Shown here: one piece after another, positions 40,260 to 52,319 of the stretch
Layout of the letters: each line of letters starts with the position of its first letter
Position numbering within the stretch: position 1 is the first letter of the stretch
NCBI GenBank assembly: GCA_951406725.2
Contig: OX597819.1
Coordinates: 78,988,001-79,052,000 of the forward strand
Direction: 5' to 3'
Length of the DNA stretch: 64,000 nt
From: Octopus vulgaris
Lineage: Eukaryota
Translations under genes and position numbers: made by a program
Notes under the pieces: generated by a model
Databases searched by the model: none
Seen by the model: only the letters and a program-made list of their open reading frames with translations
Told to the model about the DNA's origin: nothing

Positions 40260-40455
40260 GGTGTAGAAGTGGCTGTGTGGTAAGTAGCTTGCTTACCAAC
40301 CACATGGTTCTGGGGTCAGTCCCACAACATGGCACCTTGGCCAAGTGTCTTCTACTATAGCCTCGGACTGACTAAAGCCTTGTGAGTGGATTTAGTAGAT
40401 GGAAACTGAAAGAAAGCTCATCATATGTATGTATGTATGTATGTATATATATATA

Positions 40456-40495
<40 letters not shown>

Positions 40496-40648
40496 CAGGT
40501 GGCACGTAAAAAGCACCCACTACACTCACGGAGTGGTTGGCGTTAGGAAGGGCATCCAGGAAGGTGCAGCCTTCTGGCTTCCCAGAACCCCGGTCGAACC
40601 GTCCAACCCATGCTAGCATGGAGAACGGACGTTAAACGATGATGATGA

Positions 40649-40690
<42 letters not shown>

Positions 40691-40900
40691 GTTTGTGTGT
40701 CTGTGTTTGTCACTCCAACATCACTTGACAACTGATGCTGGTGTGTTTACATCCAAGTAACTTAGCAGTTCGGCAAAAGAGACCAATAGAATAAGAATAA
40801 GTACTAGGCTTACAAAGAATAAGTCCTGGGGTCGATTTGCTCGACTAAAGGCAGTGCTCCAGCATGGCAACAGTCAAAATGACTGAAACAAGTAAAAAAG
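40260..40900 (+). mobile_element. SINE family A interrupted by a family D element (40497-40650)
   Basis: Head 40260-40420, (TA)n, D element, (TA)n, tail 40685-40900. Confidence 0.85.
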
Positions 40901-42180
40901 TTTTAAAAATTCTAATATCATGACAAATTGTTTTGTAACTTAAAAGCTTGTGAATAATTTGCATTATTATATCAAAAATAAATAAATAAATTACTTAATT
41001 GCATTAATGCGAAATGGAAAAAGTCCTTCAAAATAATGCAGATTTTAAATAGACTGAAATCATATCATATCATATGGGAGTTCCAGCACCCATGACAGAC
41101 ATTTTTTGTCTGCTACAAGTGATGTATGGGCTTTTATGCACCAAATGCCTATATGAGAGGTTCTCTCATTGCTAATAATCCATTATTTGGTGTTCTAACG
41201 AGGCATCTATGTTAAGTTGAATATAAAGATTAGGTACTTTTTGATATTAATACTGCTTCTGTTGCTAATAATTAATTTATAAACATATATATATATATTA
41301 CGGAGGTGTTCTTGCATAGCAAGTGACTTGATCTGAGATCGTGTGCTGAAACAAAAATAATTGCAGCGTGGAAGGTGTTTATGCAAAAACCGTTAGATTC
41401 ACTTCAACATTTAAATTTAAATTGTGTCAAAATATTTTTGTCGCTTTGAAACCACGACCTGTTCACTGACAAAATTTTGTGCTGTATCTGTATATATATA
41501 TTTATATATGATGCCACCTCAGAGGCTAGATGAGTAGATGGGTAAGCCAACATTTCTGCTGAACAGAACACCAATCCATCGCGGGCTTACCCATTTTACA
41601 GCTGAGTAGTCTGTGGTAATGTGAAATGAAATGTTATGCTCAAGAACACAATGCACCAGTGCTCTAGGAATTAAAACCATGATCTTCTGATCACGAGTGC
41701 AGCAATCGAACCACTAGGCCTTCACGTAAATATGTGTGTTTTTTGTATTTGTGTATAAATGATGGTGATGATGAAACGCGATTGGCATGATGTCTGTTGT
41801 GCTACTAAGAGATATAGAAGCTGATAAGCAAATACAAGAAAGTGGGAGATTTATTCATGTATGTAAAGTGGTCGGTGTTTGGAAGGGCATCCAGCTGTAA
41901 AACCCTTGCCAAAACTGATCTTGTTTGTGCTTCTGCCACATAAAAGGCACTCCACTCTGCTGGGTGGTTGGTGTTAGGAAGGGCATCCAGCCATAAAAAC
42001 CCATCCAAGACAAACACAGGAGTCTGGGGCAGACTCCTGCCTGGCCAGCTCCTGTCAAACTGTCCAACCCATGCCAGCCTGGAAGGTGGGCATTAAATGA
42101 TAATGATGAATATATGCAGTATTCAGGTGTGTAGAGCAATGAGGAAGCTAAAAGATAAAGATATAGTTGAAGATAATATG

Positions 42181-42214
<34 letters not shown>

Positions 42215-42762
42215 CTTAAACATTTCTATTGATATACACTGCCTCTGTGTGTGTGTGTGTGTGTGTTTCAATTAAGTTTCAAAATAGTTCAGAATCTGGC
42301 AGGATTTCATAAAATAACAAAGCTTAACAAAAGGTCCTTACTTAAAATTATGACAGCAGGTTTTAATTTAAATTTTGGGCATTTTTAAAAATAAGAAAAG
42401 TTTCATAAAACAGAACCAGAGGGTAGTCTTAGGCAGGGGCTGCTTGTTGTAAGTGATAAGAGTGGTAATAGTAAAAGATATAAGGGTGGGGGTCAGGAAG
42501 AGGTTGGAATGCATAGATAATTGTGGTGGCAGTGGCAGTGGTGTGTGTGAGGAAGAAATTATGCCTTGTATAATGGGTATGTGAAAGAGAGTGTGGGAGT
42601 GGTATGTTGCAGGGTGGAGGAAGGGTTAGTAAACTTCTCTGTGCGGATGCTTCTTACAGTTGTGTGAGAGCAGAGAGAGAGATTACAAGAAAGTGAAGAG
42701 AGTTGTGGGGTATGAATGGTATCATAGTAAAAAGGTGGAGGTGTAAGAGGTTTGAATATTAT

Positions 42763-43115
42763 TATTACTTCCACCTTAGCGAAGGCGGTGGGTATTGTTT
42801 TCAGTTGTGTTTGTTTGTGCATGGACAAGGTATCTCAAGAACCACTGGATGGATTTGGATGAAACTTTCAGGGATGTTTGGCCTCGTGTTTAGCTCATAT
42901 TGATTAGATCTGGGGATTGATCTGGTAACGGACAAGGATTCTGGATTATTTTTCCTGTTTTTTTTTACTTAAGTTTTGAGAGTAATCGGGTTCATTTTTA
43001 GTATTCTTGTCTGTGAGAGCAGTTGAGTTTATTTCAGATATTCTCATTTTTAAAAATCATCTCTGGCTAACTGTTGAGAGGACATAGGTGTTTCCTTGGT
43101 GGATTTAAGGTATTC
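42763..43115 (+). mobile_element. Helentron/DINE-like non-autonomous element
   Basis: ttattacttccaccttag..tgtttgtttg..gatggatttggatgaaacttt..ccttggtgga (subterminal inverted repeat). Confidence 0.55.
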
Positions 43116-44529
43116 CAACCATGACCACTACCATCAGTCATTTTAGCGAGTAGTACATGAAGACTACATTACTTAACGTGTCCTTGCCATTTATGTGATA
43201 AAGATGTGTGTGTGTGCATGTTTGTGTGTGTGTGTGTGGTTTGAAGCAGAGTTGACTACTATTTATAGCAGGTCAAGTGGCTACATAGAGGAGACAATGT
43301 TTGTGTACTGTGTTGTGTGTTACTTATTGTTGTGTAGTTCCAGGTCAACATGGGATGCTTATTTACTCACATTTGATACTGTGTTATCTTGTAGCTTTGA
43401 AATTTCAAAGATGTAATTGTTTATCTTTAGAATGACATTGTAGGGTAGGTGTGAGAGGCTGGATCTGGCTAGTTTGAACATAAAACAGGCAGAATACTTA
43501 GGTCAAATATTGCCTGTTTAACTGCTAAAGGGTTAAACAAAGAAAGATACAGGTGATAAAATTGGCCAAGTAAGAAACCCCATTTTGAAAAGGGTCAGAA
43601 TACATTTGATCATAGATCCACTCTGTTAAAGAAATCTGAATGCTAAGGGTTAAGGCAGCTATGGGGTGGCTGATTCGAGAGATATTTAGCTGCTACTTCT
43701 GGAAGATTGAGCAACCAAGTGGAGGCTGTCTATTTGGCTAAAATCAAGAATGTTCCTGCTGACTTGCACTTGAAAAATGAGATGGATGTCTGCAAGAATG
43801 AAAGAGAGATGTGGTTGAGGTGTTATGGAGAAAGAAATGATAATAAAGTCTATATTTAAGTCTCGTCTTTAGAATTGCTGAAGTTCATATTTTTGATATT
43901 TGCAAACTGGTGCTGATATCTCCTCTGCCTTCCTCCACTTTCTTCTGTCTTTATTATTACTCGTATTTTTATTATTATCATTATTATTATTTAAAAAATG
44001 AAGAAAGAAAGAAAGAAGCTTGAGATAAATATATTTATGGTTTTGTAGAAACATGAGACTTATAATAATGCATTTAATAAGTTGACAAAAGAAGAAAAAA
44101 AAATAACAGCAAAACTCCTAGTTTTTCATTATAATTTCATTTATTTCTCAGCAGATATTGGTGACGACGGAGACATATAGGTGGTGTGAGGGGTGGGGGT
44201 TCATAATTTTGCATAATAATTAAATGTTAGAAACAAAAATAATCTTTATTAAGATTTTAATTAAGAATTAATTGTATTGAGTTTTGCCGAACAGTTTAAA
44301 CTAAAACTCAAAGCTATAATTAATGCAAGTCTTTCGGTGTTTTTTTTTTTTTGTTGTTGTTATTATATTTTAATTTTTTAAAATTTATTGCTGCTCTGTA
44401 TAATACTTAACTTATGGCTTATTGGGTTAGGTTACTGGATGCCTAATGAAATGTATGTGTGATTGGTTCAAGTTCTACTGTAGAATCGGTCAGTGTCTTA
44501 CATAGAAAGCATTGATTTCAGTTTGTCTG

Positions 44530-44880
44530 CAAGCATGACTGTCTAGTTAAGAAGCTTGCTTTACAACCACATGCATTTTCGTTCAGTTCTATTGTATGGC
44601 ACTTTGGGCAAGTGTCCTCTACTATGGCCCCAGGCCAGCTTAGGCTTTTCAGTGAATTTGGTAGACGGAAATTGTGCAGAAGCCTTTTGTGCATGTGTGT
44701 TTCTGTGTTTGTCTCCCTGCCACTTGATAAACCAGTGTTTACTTATTCTACTGGTTCAGCAAAAGAGACTTATAGAATGTGTGCCAGGCTTAAAAAAATA
44801 AGTGCTGGAGTTGATTTGTTTGACTAAATCATGCAAAACAGTACACCAGCATGGCCGCAGTTCAGTGTCTGAAACAATTA
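44530..44880 (+). mobile_element. SINE family A, old copy
   Basis: Diverged head, core and tail. Confidence 0.75.
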
Positions 44881-45604
44881 AATGATGGTAAGATAAAAAG
44901 ATACCCACTAAATGCTGGTCAAGTGTCATTTGTGTTAAGGAAAAAAAACAGACATTAAGTACCTACAAAATAAGCAGGTAGACAGAGTTTATATTTGGTC
45001 TTTGGTCTCAGTAGTGTTAAGTGAGTGAGACAGAAATATTTCTCAGAAAAAAGTCTGTATGCTGGCAGAACCATTTGCACTCCTGGTGAAATGCTTAGTG
45101 GCATTTTGTCCTGTCTTTACATTCTGAGTTCTAATTCTGCCAAGGTCAACGTTTGCCTTTCATCCTTTCAAGGTTGATGAAATAAAATATAAGTTACGCA
45201 CTAGGGGTCACTGTATTCAACTATCTCCCTTCCTAAACTTGTTGGCTTTGTGCCAAAATTTGAAATCAGTATTTCTCAGGAAAGAAAGTTGATGTATCAT
45301 GTGTCGCTTTCCCCAGCCCCTCAGAAATTAACTCTATCTTGTAAAACTAACAAATCCGAAGTCACTTTCAAATAGCTGCTACTAGCAGTGGTGAATTGTA
45401 CCTTGATGTGGCACCAGTTTAGAACTCAGTGGACTGGGTCAGTGAAAGATTAGTTATCTGTTAAAATATTTACTCTAATCACAAAATATGCCCAAACAGA
45501 TATTAGCTCACAAATGCATCACCCCCACCTTCTGCTCCTCCTATTGAATACTGAATGTGTTAGAGAGTGTGGTGTGTAAACAATTAAATGATGTGCTGTA
45601 ATCT

Positions 45605-45633
45605 TTCAAGTTTTTTTTTCTTTTGTCTTTCAG
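45605..45633 (+). other. 3' splice acceptor of the ZNF407-like coding exon
   Basis: tttttttttcttttgtctttcAG|gaac, with AG at 45632-45633, 19 nt before the ATG. Confidence 0.8.
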
Positions 45634-45652
45634 GAACAATCCAATCGGTATC

Positions 45653-48600
45653 ATGATGGCCAACGCAGAGCAAGATATGCACATGTGCCTGAGCTGTCAT
45701 CAGACCATAGTTGGTTTGATGAACTATGTTCAGCACAAGCAGGCTGGCTGCCAATCAACAAAGAGTATTGCTCAGCAGGCTTTGAACAGTCTTGGTAAGA
45801 TCCCACCCTCTGCATCTGCCCAAGATATGTTTGAAACTGATTGCAGCGATGCCAGCACTTCTACCGTCGCTTCAGAGGAGCATTGCGTGCTGGAACCAAG
45901 GTTGGAGACCATTAGTCTGAGCAGTGACATTGTTGACAAGGCTACACTAGAGAATTCTGCGCAATTGAAGACAGTCAACTTTACAGTCAGTGAGGAATCT
46001 CACCCCATTGAACTCCTACAAGAACCTGTAATTGTTACAACCGATACCATTACTGAAGTCAGTGATGTTGTCAAAGATGTATCTGAAGCAGTCACTGCTG
46101 CAGTAGTCACCACAGATGAACCAGTAGTTGAAAAAGACAACCAGCTACCACAAGCTTCGCCTTCATCCCCAGTTAAGAGTGGGGAGAATTTCTTTCACTC
46201 TCTAGAACTTCAATGCAAGAAGGAAGACAGTGAACGCCATTGTTTGCCTGCAAAACAAAACCGAGCTGTGAACACGACGCTGGATAAAGGTTCAGCCGAT
46301 AGTCACAGTGATTTACCCATCTCGAATATTTTTAGCAGTCTTGATTTTTCCAGTGATGAAGAGCTGGATTTCTCCTATACAGAATTGTCAAGTGATTCCA
46401 ATGATTATTCTTCTGATGAAGATAATGTACCTCCAAGAACTCACACAGGTGGTAAATGGAAACCTGGTGAAGGTCCATTGTCTTCTAAAAATTTTCCACA
46501 TCCCAGTTATACTCGTGGCAAGTGGAAACCTGGAGAAACACCTCATGAGTTGCAGCTAAATAAAAACAACACCAATATTTCTGCTGATGACAGTTCTATA
46601 TTGGAAGATGTAACTGGTGTTGAAGAAAGCTCTACTAATGTTGTTACCAGTAAAGAGCCAGATTCAAGTAATCTCAAAGAAAATTACTGCTCTGCATGTG
46701 ATAGCTTCTGTTGTGAACATGTAGAAAAATCTGCCGATTCCCCTAAAGACACTGCTGGAACGTCTAAAGACTCTAGTGAAGTTGTCACCGTTGAAGAACA
46801 ATCTACAAAGAAACAGAAGAAGAGCAAAAAGGACAATGGCAAAAGTTCTGTGCATCATTGCCAGATATGTGATAAGTCTTTCTTCAGTAAGTATGTCATT
46901 GGTAGGCATATACTGACTCGATATCATCAAAACCGAGCTAAAAATCACCCAGATGGCTTCCATGTTCTAGAGAAATATTACCGTTTCGTGATCCGGCTCA
47001 GTCCATTTCAGTGTGGAGTCTGCCAGTTTTATTTCAATCGAGAGAATGATCTGATGGACCATATGAATACTAGCGAACATTCAAAGAACTGTCTTGCTCT
47101 GGTGGGTCCTATGTTTTGTACCGTTTGCAGCCTTAAGCTGTCTTCCAATGCTGAGATGTTAAATCATTTAACGGAAGACCTCCAACATAAGGAGGCACTG
47201 GAACGACAAAAGCAGTTGTGCATCATTAAAGAGTGCCGCTACCAGATTCAGTGCCCTTTCTGCGATATAATGATGCACTCGTCAGTTCGTCTCCGCCGTC
47301 ACATAAGACACAAACATAAGAGTGGCAAAAAGGTGAAGGCTTCACCGAGGCGCAAGGGCCGACACAAACCTGAGTGCCCTCATTGTAACATTCAGTGCCA
47401 CTCAATGTCATCGTTGGAAATCCACATACGAAGGCGTCACACCAAAGAGAAACCCTTTTCCTGTAACCCTTGCAATAAAAATTTTTCCGACAGCTACTCG
47501 TTGAAGCTGCATTTGAAGACAGACAGGCATAATAAGAAGCTGACCAGTGAGCGGGTGAGTACACCTCGGCGGAAGAAGAAGACTTTCAATCCTGATTTAA
47601 TACCAACTGATGAAGTGGTTATGGAAGGAGATGAAGATGAATCCATTCCGGGAGAAGAAGAAGTGGCCAATAATGATAAAGATGATCTGTACGTGAATGG
47701 AAACAAAGAACCTGAGAAAACTCTCAAAGTCAGTGGTCCTCGGAAGTACTCGGCAGCACGGAAGAGCAAAGCCAAAGACAAAATCTATAAGTGTGACCAT
47801 TGTGATTTCACAGCTCCCACTTACGGTGATCTTCGGCCACACTATCTCGACGTACATTCAGGTCATGTTTTTATGTGCAACGTCTGCGATCTAGTGTTCC
47901 TGTCTGAGAAAGCATTACGGGTGCACTATGCTGGTAAAATGCATCAGATGAACTTGGTAAAAGGCAATGAAGCCAACTTGTATACATGTGAAGAGTGTGG
48001 TAAGAAGTTTGATGATGAGCGCTGGTGCCAGTTCCACGTCGAGGCGCATCATAATCACATGAGCAATGAAGAAGCTGTAAGGGCTAAGTTTCGGGGCCAA
48101 GACATCACTACCAGCCAGTTTCGAGCCTACTTGGACGAAGTTGCTAAGCAACCACGTGATAGTTCTGTACAGTGTCCGGAATGTTCTAAGAAGCTGAAAA
48201 AGGAACACGTGATGGAACATCTCCGCATGCACACGGGAGAAAAGCCGTTTGTCTGCAGGTTCTGCCAGAATGGTTTCATCTCTAGTCTGTCTCTGCGCCG
48301 CCACATTCTACGTCATCTGGGTTTAACGGAACGCAAATGTCAGATATGCGGCAAAGAATTTCAAAAAGTTTTCTCTTTTAATGTACACATGAAACAACAC
48401 GAGAACAACGATGTGGGCAAGTTTACCCACATGTGCGATGTTTGCGGTCAAGCTTTCCCACTGAAAATGCAGCTGGTTGCCCACATGCGACGCCATGGGC
48501 AGCGCATTCATAAATGCCCCTTCCCCAATTGCCGATGGGACTTTGTTTTCAAAAGCGAACTAAATAGCCACGTTCGAACACATACTGGCGAAAAACCATT

Positions 48601-49591
48601 TTTGTGTGACATCTGTGGCTATTCTGGCGCTACAAAGACTCGGCTAGCTCGTCATTCTAGAATTCACACTGGAGAGAGGACATACCATTGTGATTATTGC
48701 ACGTACAAAGCCGGTAACAGTACTCACTTGCGGCGCCACATGCGTATACACATTGGTTCCAAACCTTATAAGTGTCCATATTGTTCTTACTCCTGTAATA
48801 CTCATGAAAATATTCGTAAACACATAACAAAAACCAAACGGCACATGGGTCTGTTCATTTACCCATGCAAGTTTTGCCCATTTGGCACAAACAGTACAAA
48901 AGATTTCCGTAACCACTTGTTAGAGGTTCATCAGGACCAGTGTGACCACAAAAGCCTCGAAGTTCTCTCAGTTTTTACAGGCCTTTATAATAAAGAGATT
49001 GACCCCAGAAAACCCCCCGAAGGTAGTCAGATTTTCCCAATCAAAGAGCGTAAGCAACGTGCACCAAGGAACTCCCTTCCACCTAACCAGATGGATTTGT
49101 TGACTGAAGAACAAGAAGAACAACAGCTCGAGCAAATTCCTTATAAAGAGGTTGAAAGCAGTCCGTTGGATGCGCAAGAGGTGACCGTCACGCCTGAGGC
49201 CCACTCTCTGATTGCTTCTGAGATGATTGCTGTTGCAATGACCGAAGCTGCAGTACCAACTCATATTGCAACGACGCAGCAAATCACCACGCAGCACACA
49301 GGTACTGTTGACACGCAGCTGCTGCAAGTTGCTGAATCGAACATGCACACCTTGCAAAACAGCCAGTTCCGCGGCGACATACTACAGCATCCGCAGTTCC
49401 GCACTGACACCATCACTGCCGGTCACTTCCGTGCAGACGGACAAGTCATAGCACAAGCTCAAACGGTTGACCCGAACACTGCCTCCAATGTCCTCTCTCT
49501 CGCTGAAGCCCACTCTATGACCTCGTCCTTAGATTTAGGTTATTGTACTACTATAGAATATATTTGCCTACCATCAGCAAACGGTACATAA
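45653..49591 (+). CDS. ZNF407: ZNF407-like multi-zinc-finger protein (1 N-terminal C2HC + 18 C2H2 fingers, several U1/matrin-type), coding region in one exon
   Basis: Uninterrupted 3.9-kb ORF. The C-terminal finger array (RRHILRHLG..; KCPFPNC..HVRTHTGEKPFLCDICGYSG..; NTHENIRKHITKTKRHMG..Y.C..C.FGTN...DFRNHL.E.H) matches my recollection of vertebrate ZNF407 finger by finger. The ORF-track TTG start lies in a polypyrimidine tract; the first ATG is at 45653. Confidence 0.9.
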   Translation: MMANAEQDMHMCLSCHQTIVGLMNYVQHKQAGCQSTKSIAQQALNSLGKIPPSASAQDMFETDCSDASTSTVASEEHCVLEPRLETISLSSDIVDKATLENSAQLKTVNFTVSEESHPIELLQEPVIVTTDTITEVSDVVKDVSEAVTAAVVTTDEPVVEKDNQLPQASPSSPVKSGENFFHSLELQCKKEDSERHCLPAKQNRAVNTTLDKGSADSHSDLPISNIFSSLDFSSDEELDFSYTELSSDSNDYSSDEDNVPPRTHTGGKWKPGEGPLSSKNFPHPSYTRGKWKPGETPHELQLNKNNTNISADDSSILEDVTGVEESSTNVVTSKEPDSSNLKENYCSACDSFCCEHVEKSADSPKDTAGTSKDSSEVVTVEEQSTKKQKKSKKDNGKSSVHHCQICDKSFFSKYVIGRHILTRYHQNRAKNHPDGFHVLEKYYRFVIRLSPFQCGVCQFYFNRENDLMDHMNTSEHSKNCLALVGPMFCTVCSLKLSSNAEMLNHLTEDLQHKEALERQKQLCIIKECRYQIQCPFCDIMMHSSVRLRRHIRHKHKSGKKVKASPRRKGRHKPECPHCNIQCHSMSSLEIHIRRRHTKEKPFSCNPCNKNFSDSYSLKLHLKTDRHNKKLTSERVSTPRRKKKTFNPDLIPTDEVVMEGDEDESIPGEEEVANNDKDDLYVNGNKEPEKTLKVSGPRKYSAARKSKAKDKIYKCDHCDFTAPTYGDLRPHYLDVHSGHVFMCNVCDLVFLSEKALRVHYAGKMHQMNLVKGNEANLYTCEECGKKFDDERWCQFHVEAHHNHMSNEEAVRAKFRGQDITTSQFRAYLDEVAKQPRDSSVQCPECSKKLKKEHVMEHLRMHTGEKPFVCRFCQNGFISSLSLRRHILRHLGLTERKCQICGKEFQKVFSFNVHMKQHENNDVGKFTHMCDVCGQAFPLKMQLVAHMRRHGQRIHKCPFPNCRWDFVFKSELNSHVRTHTGEKPFLCDICGYSGATKTRLARHSRIHTGERTYHCDYCTYKAGNSTHLRRHMRIHIGSKPYKCPYCSYSCNTHENIRKHITKTKRHMGLFIYPCKFCPFGTNSTKDFRNHLLEVHQDQCDHKSLEVLSVFTGLYNKEIDPRKPPEGSQIFPIKERKQRAPRNSLPPNQMDLLTEEQEEQQLEQIPYKEVESSPLDAQEVTVTPEAHSLIASEMIAVAMTEAAVPTHIATTQQITTQHTGTVDTQLLQVAESNMHTLQNSQFRGDILQHPQFRTDTITAGHFRADGQVIAQAQTVDPNTASNVLSLAEAHSMTSSLDLGYCTTIEYICLPSANGT

Positions 49592-49869
49592 CTACGGCCT
49601 AAATGGTGACTTAGAATTTAAAATGAACAGACAGCCTTAAACCAGCAGAATTTACTCAGTGATATTTTTTGATTTTTATTTATTTTTTTTCAAATTATTT
49701 TTTTTTTTTTGCAATATATCTCCAGGAAAAAAAAAAAAAACTTCTCTTAAAAAATGAAATTGAAAGAAACTGTCTTTCTACAGATGTTAGTATGTTATTG
49801 TTGTTGTTGTTTTTTACACCTCACTATATAACACCTCCTGTGTTGTTAACTACTGTTTCTTCTTTCCAC

Positions 49870-50370
49870 CCCCCCATTCTAAACATACAATCTCTTTCTC
49901 TCTCTCTTCTCTCTTACTTCCCCACATTCTCACTCTCTCCCCGCCTCCTCTTCTCCTCGCTTTCCTGTTTTTCTCTCTCCTCTTTTCTCACCCTCTCCCT
50001 TCCTCTCTCTCTCCCCTCTTCCCGCTATCCCATTTTTCTCTCTCTTCTCTTCTCACTTGCCCCCTTTTCTCTTTCCCTCTTTACCATTTTCTCCTCTTTT
50101 ACATTCTCTCCTTTCTCTCCCTCCTTTTTACCACTCTCTCCTTCCACACTCATCCTGCTTTCCTCTCTCTCTCTCTATCTTCATTCCCCTCCTTCCCCTT
50201 TCTCAGTCTCTCCTCATTCTCATCACTCTATCATTCTCCTCCTTCCCTCCCTCTTCATTCTCCTTCTCCACTCTTCATTCTCTTTCTTCTCCTCACTCTC
50301 TTTCCTCATATTCCCTCTTTCCCTTCTCTCCTCATTCTCCTTCTTCACTCTCCCCCTACACTTCCTCAAG
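49870..50370 (+). repeat. About 500-bp CT-rich polypyrimidine tract in the presumed 3' UTR
   Basis: Almost exclusively C/T. Confidence 0.9.
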
Positions 50371-52319
50371 CTTTTTAGATTCAGTTTGAATCCTCAGCCC
50401 AACCCTACCAACAAGGTCAGTCAGGGAACTTAACCAATCCGCACAACAGCTAACAGCTGAAAGTCTCCCTTGAAGAAAAATTGACTTTTACCTAGGATGG
50501 AGTGAACTAAGTGTCTGGGAACCCTAATTTCCTCTTGTAGCCCCTAGACTGTGGGCAATCACTTCTAGAAAGCTAACTGGACATTTGACCCTTCAGCATT
50601 TAAACAACTCTTATTCAACCTAAATATTCCACATATTTTGTGTTCAAACTGGCCAGATCCAACCTCTTAGACATACACCGCAATGTCACTTCATAAACAG
50701 TCTGCAACATCAAAATCTCAAAGCTACAAGATATGCATGATTAATTCAATACAGTGTGAATTGATAAGCTTACATTTAACAGAGTAATCTGAATGGAATT
50801 TTGGAAGGTGAAAGTCTTACTCAAGCATGACACACATCTGTGTTTGTTTAACTGTTTTGAGACATCATATTCATCACTGGATGTTTGATTATCACTGTGT
50901 AACATAATTTTTTTCTCCTTGGTTAGCAACTGTTGTTATCTATTTGCTTACCACCTAGAAAGTATGGAAAAATGGCTAATATTTCCTTCAAGTTTTGCTT
51001 ATGTTACATTTATCGAAACCCCAAAGAATCCCTCTCTGCATAAAGTTATGATGCTCCCTGACTACTCGTGTTCATGATCAGAGATGTACATATTGTCAAC
51101 ACTTAAAGGACATGCTAAAGTGGTTAGGGTCAAGCAAATCTGTGGTATTGAGCAGAATGTTTGCTATAAGGATATTTCTGTTTCAGCAATTCAGCGCTGA
51201 ATCTGTCTGAAGTGTAATGGAAAATAGGTCAATTTGAAAACATTGATGTCCACGTCACAGAAGCAAAGATTGAAGGGAATAGTAGTCATTTCTTGTGATT
51301 TCTGTATAGAAGCATATAGGAAACAACACTTACTGAACCAAAAGAAAAAACAAAAAAATTACATTGTGTGTTATTAGCTACTTGAAGTAACTTGAAATAT
51401 ATGGATGACTTAAATTGACAATAGGTGTAACAAATTTAGGATTGGACTGGCCAGAGAATATAACACATGTGGATGAAACATCTATTTGATCACAACAATG
51501 ACAAAAAAAAAACCTGACCCCTTCCTCATCTGGCCCAAAAGACAACAATTTCTGAAGCTACTGTTTTGTTGTGTATAGCTGTTGGTGTGGATTTCATGTA
51601 ACCGAGAAGATGGATATGTCCCTCGTCTCGTCAGACTTTTTTCCCCCCACAACCATCCGTGCCCACTGGAGATTAACCACAATCTGAATTTCACTGAGGA
51701 ATTTCTACTCCCGTTGTTTTTTTTTTTTTATTTATATTTTTTTCTAACTATTTTGTTTAATTATTTTACGGGTCTGAAAAAATATAAATTAAAAAAAACA
51801 ATTTTAAAGGAAAAAAAAATGAAAAGAACCCCTTCTCAAATAAAATTATCAGATAAAAAGTTACCTTCTTCTTTTAATTATTATTATTATTGTTATTATT
51901 AATAATAAGGTGGCAAGCTGGCGGAGTCGTTACTGTGTTGGAGTCGATGCTAAGTGGCATTTCTTCCGACCTTATGTTCTGAGTTCAAATGCCACCAGAG
52001 TTGACTTTGCCTTTCGTCCTTTTGGGGTCAATAAAATAAGTACTTGTTGAGTACTGGGGTCGATGTAATCGACTTATCTCCTCTCTCGAAGTTGCTGACC
52101 TTGTTCCAAAATTTGAAACCATTATTACTTTTGTTGTTCTTGCTTAACATAATACCAAAGTGCCTGCTGTCCACAACTAGCTGACTCAGGTAACACTCTC
52201 CATTCAGATTTCAAGAACTTTGCAAAGGATTCGTGCAGTGAAATTTTGCTGTTAACTTGGGAAGTCTATTACAGAGACATTAAGCATGCTTCGGCAAGCT
52301 TACGGCGATGAGGCAATTC

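Noticed and set aside
44152-44185. Possible micro-exon after tttctcagcag
   Set aside because: Plausible acceptor but weak donors; unsupported without RNA-seq.
45623-45652. ORF-track start at TTG 45623
   Set aside because: Lies in the intron polypyrimidine tract; the exon starts at 45634 and the ATG is at 45653.
45772-49451. Antisense and out-of-frame ORFs within the zinc-finger gene
   Set aside because: Shadows of the real CDS with no recognisable features.
49669-50433. 254-aa Leu/Ser/Phe-rich membrane-like ORF
   Set aside because: Translation of a CT-rich tract, which cannot encode many stops.
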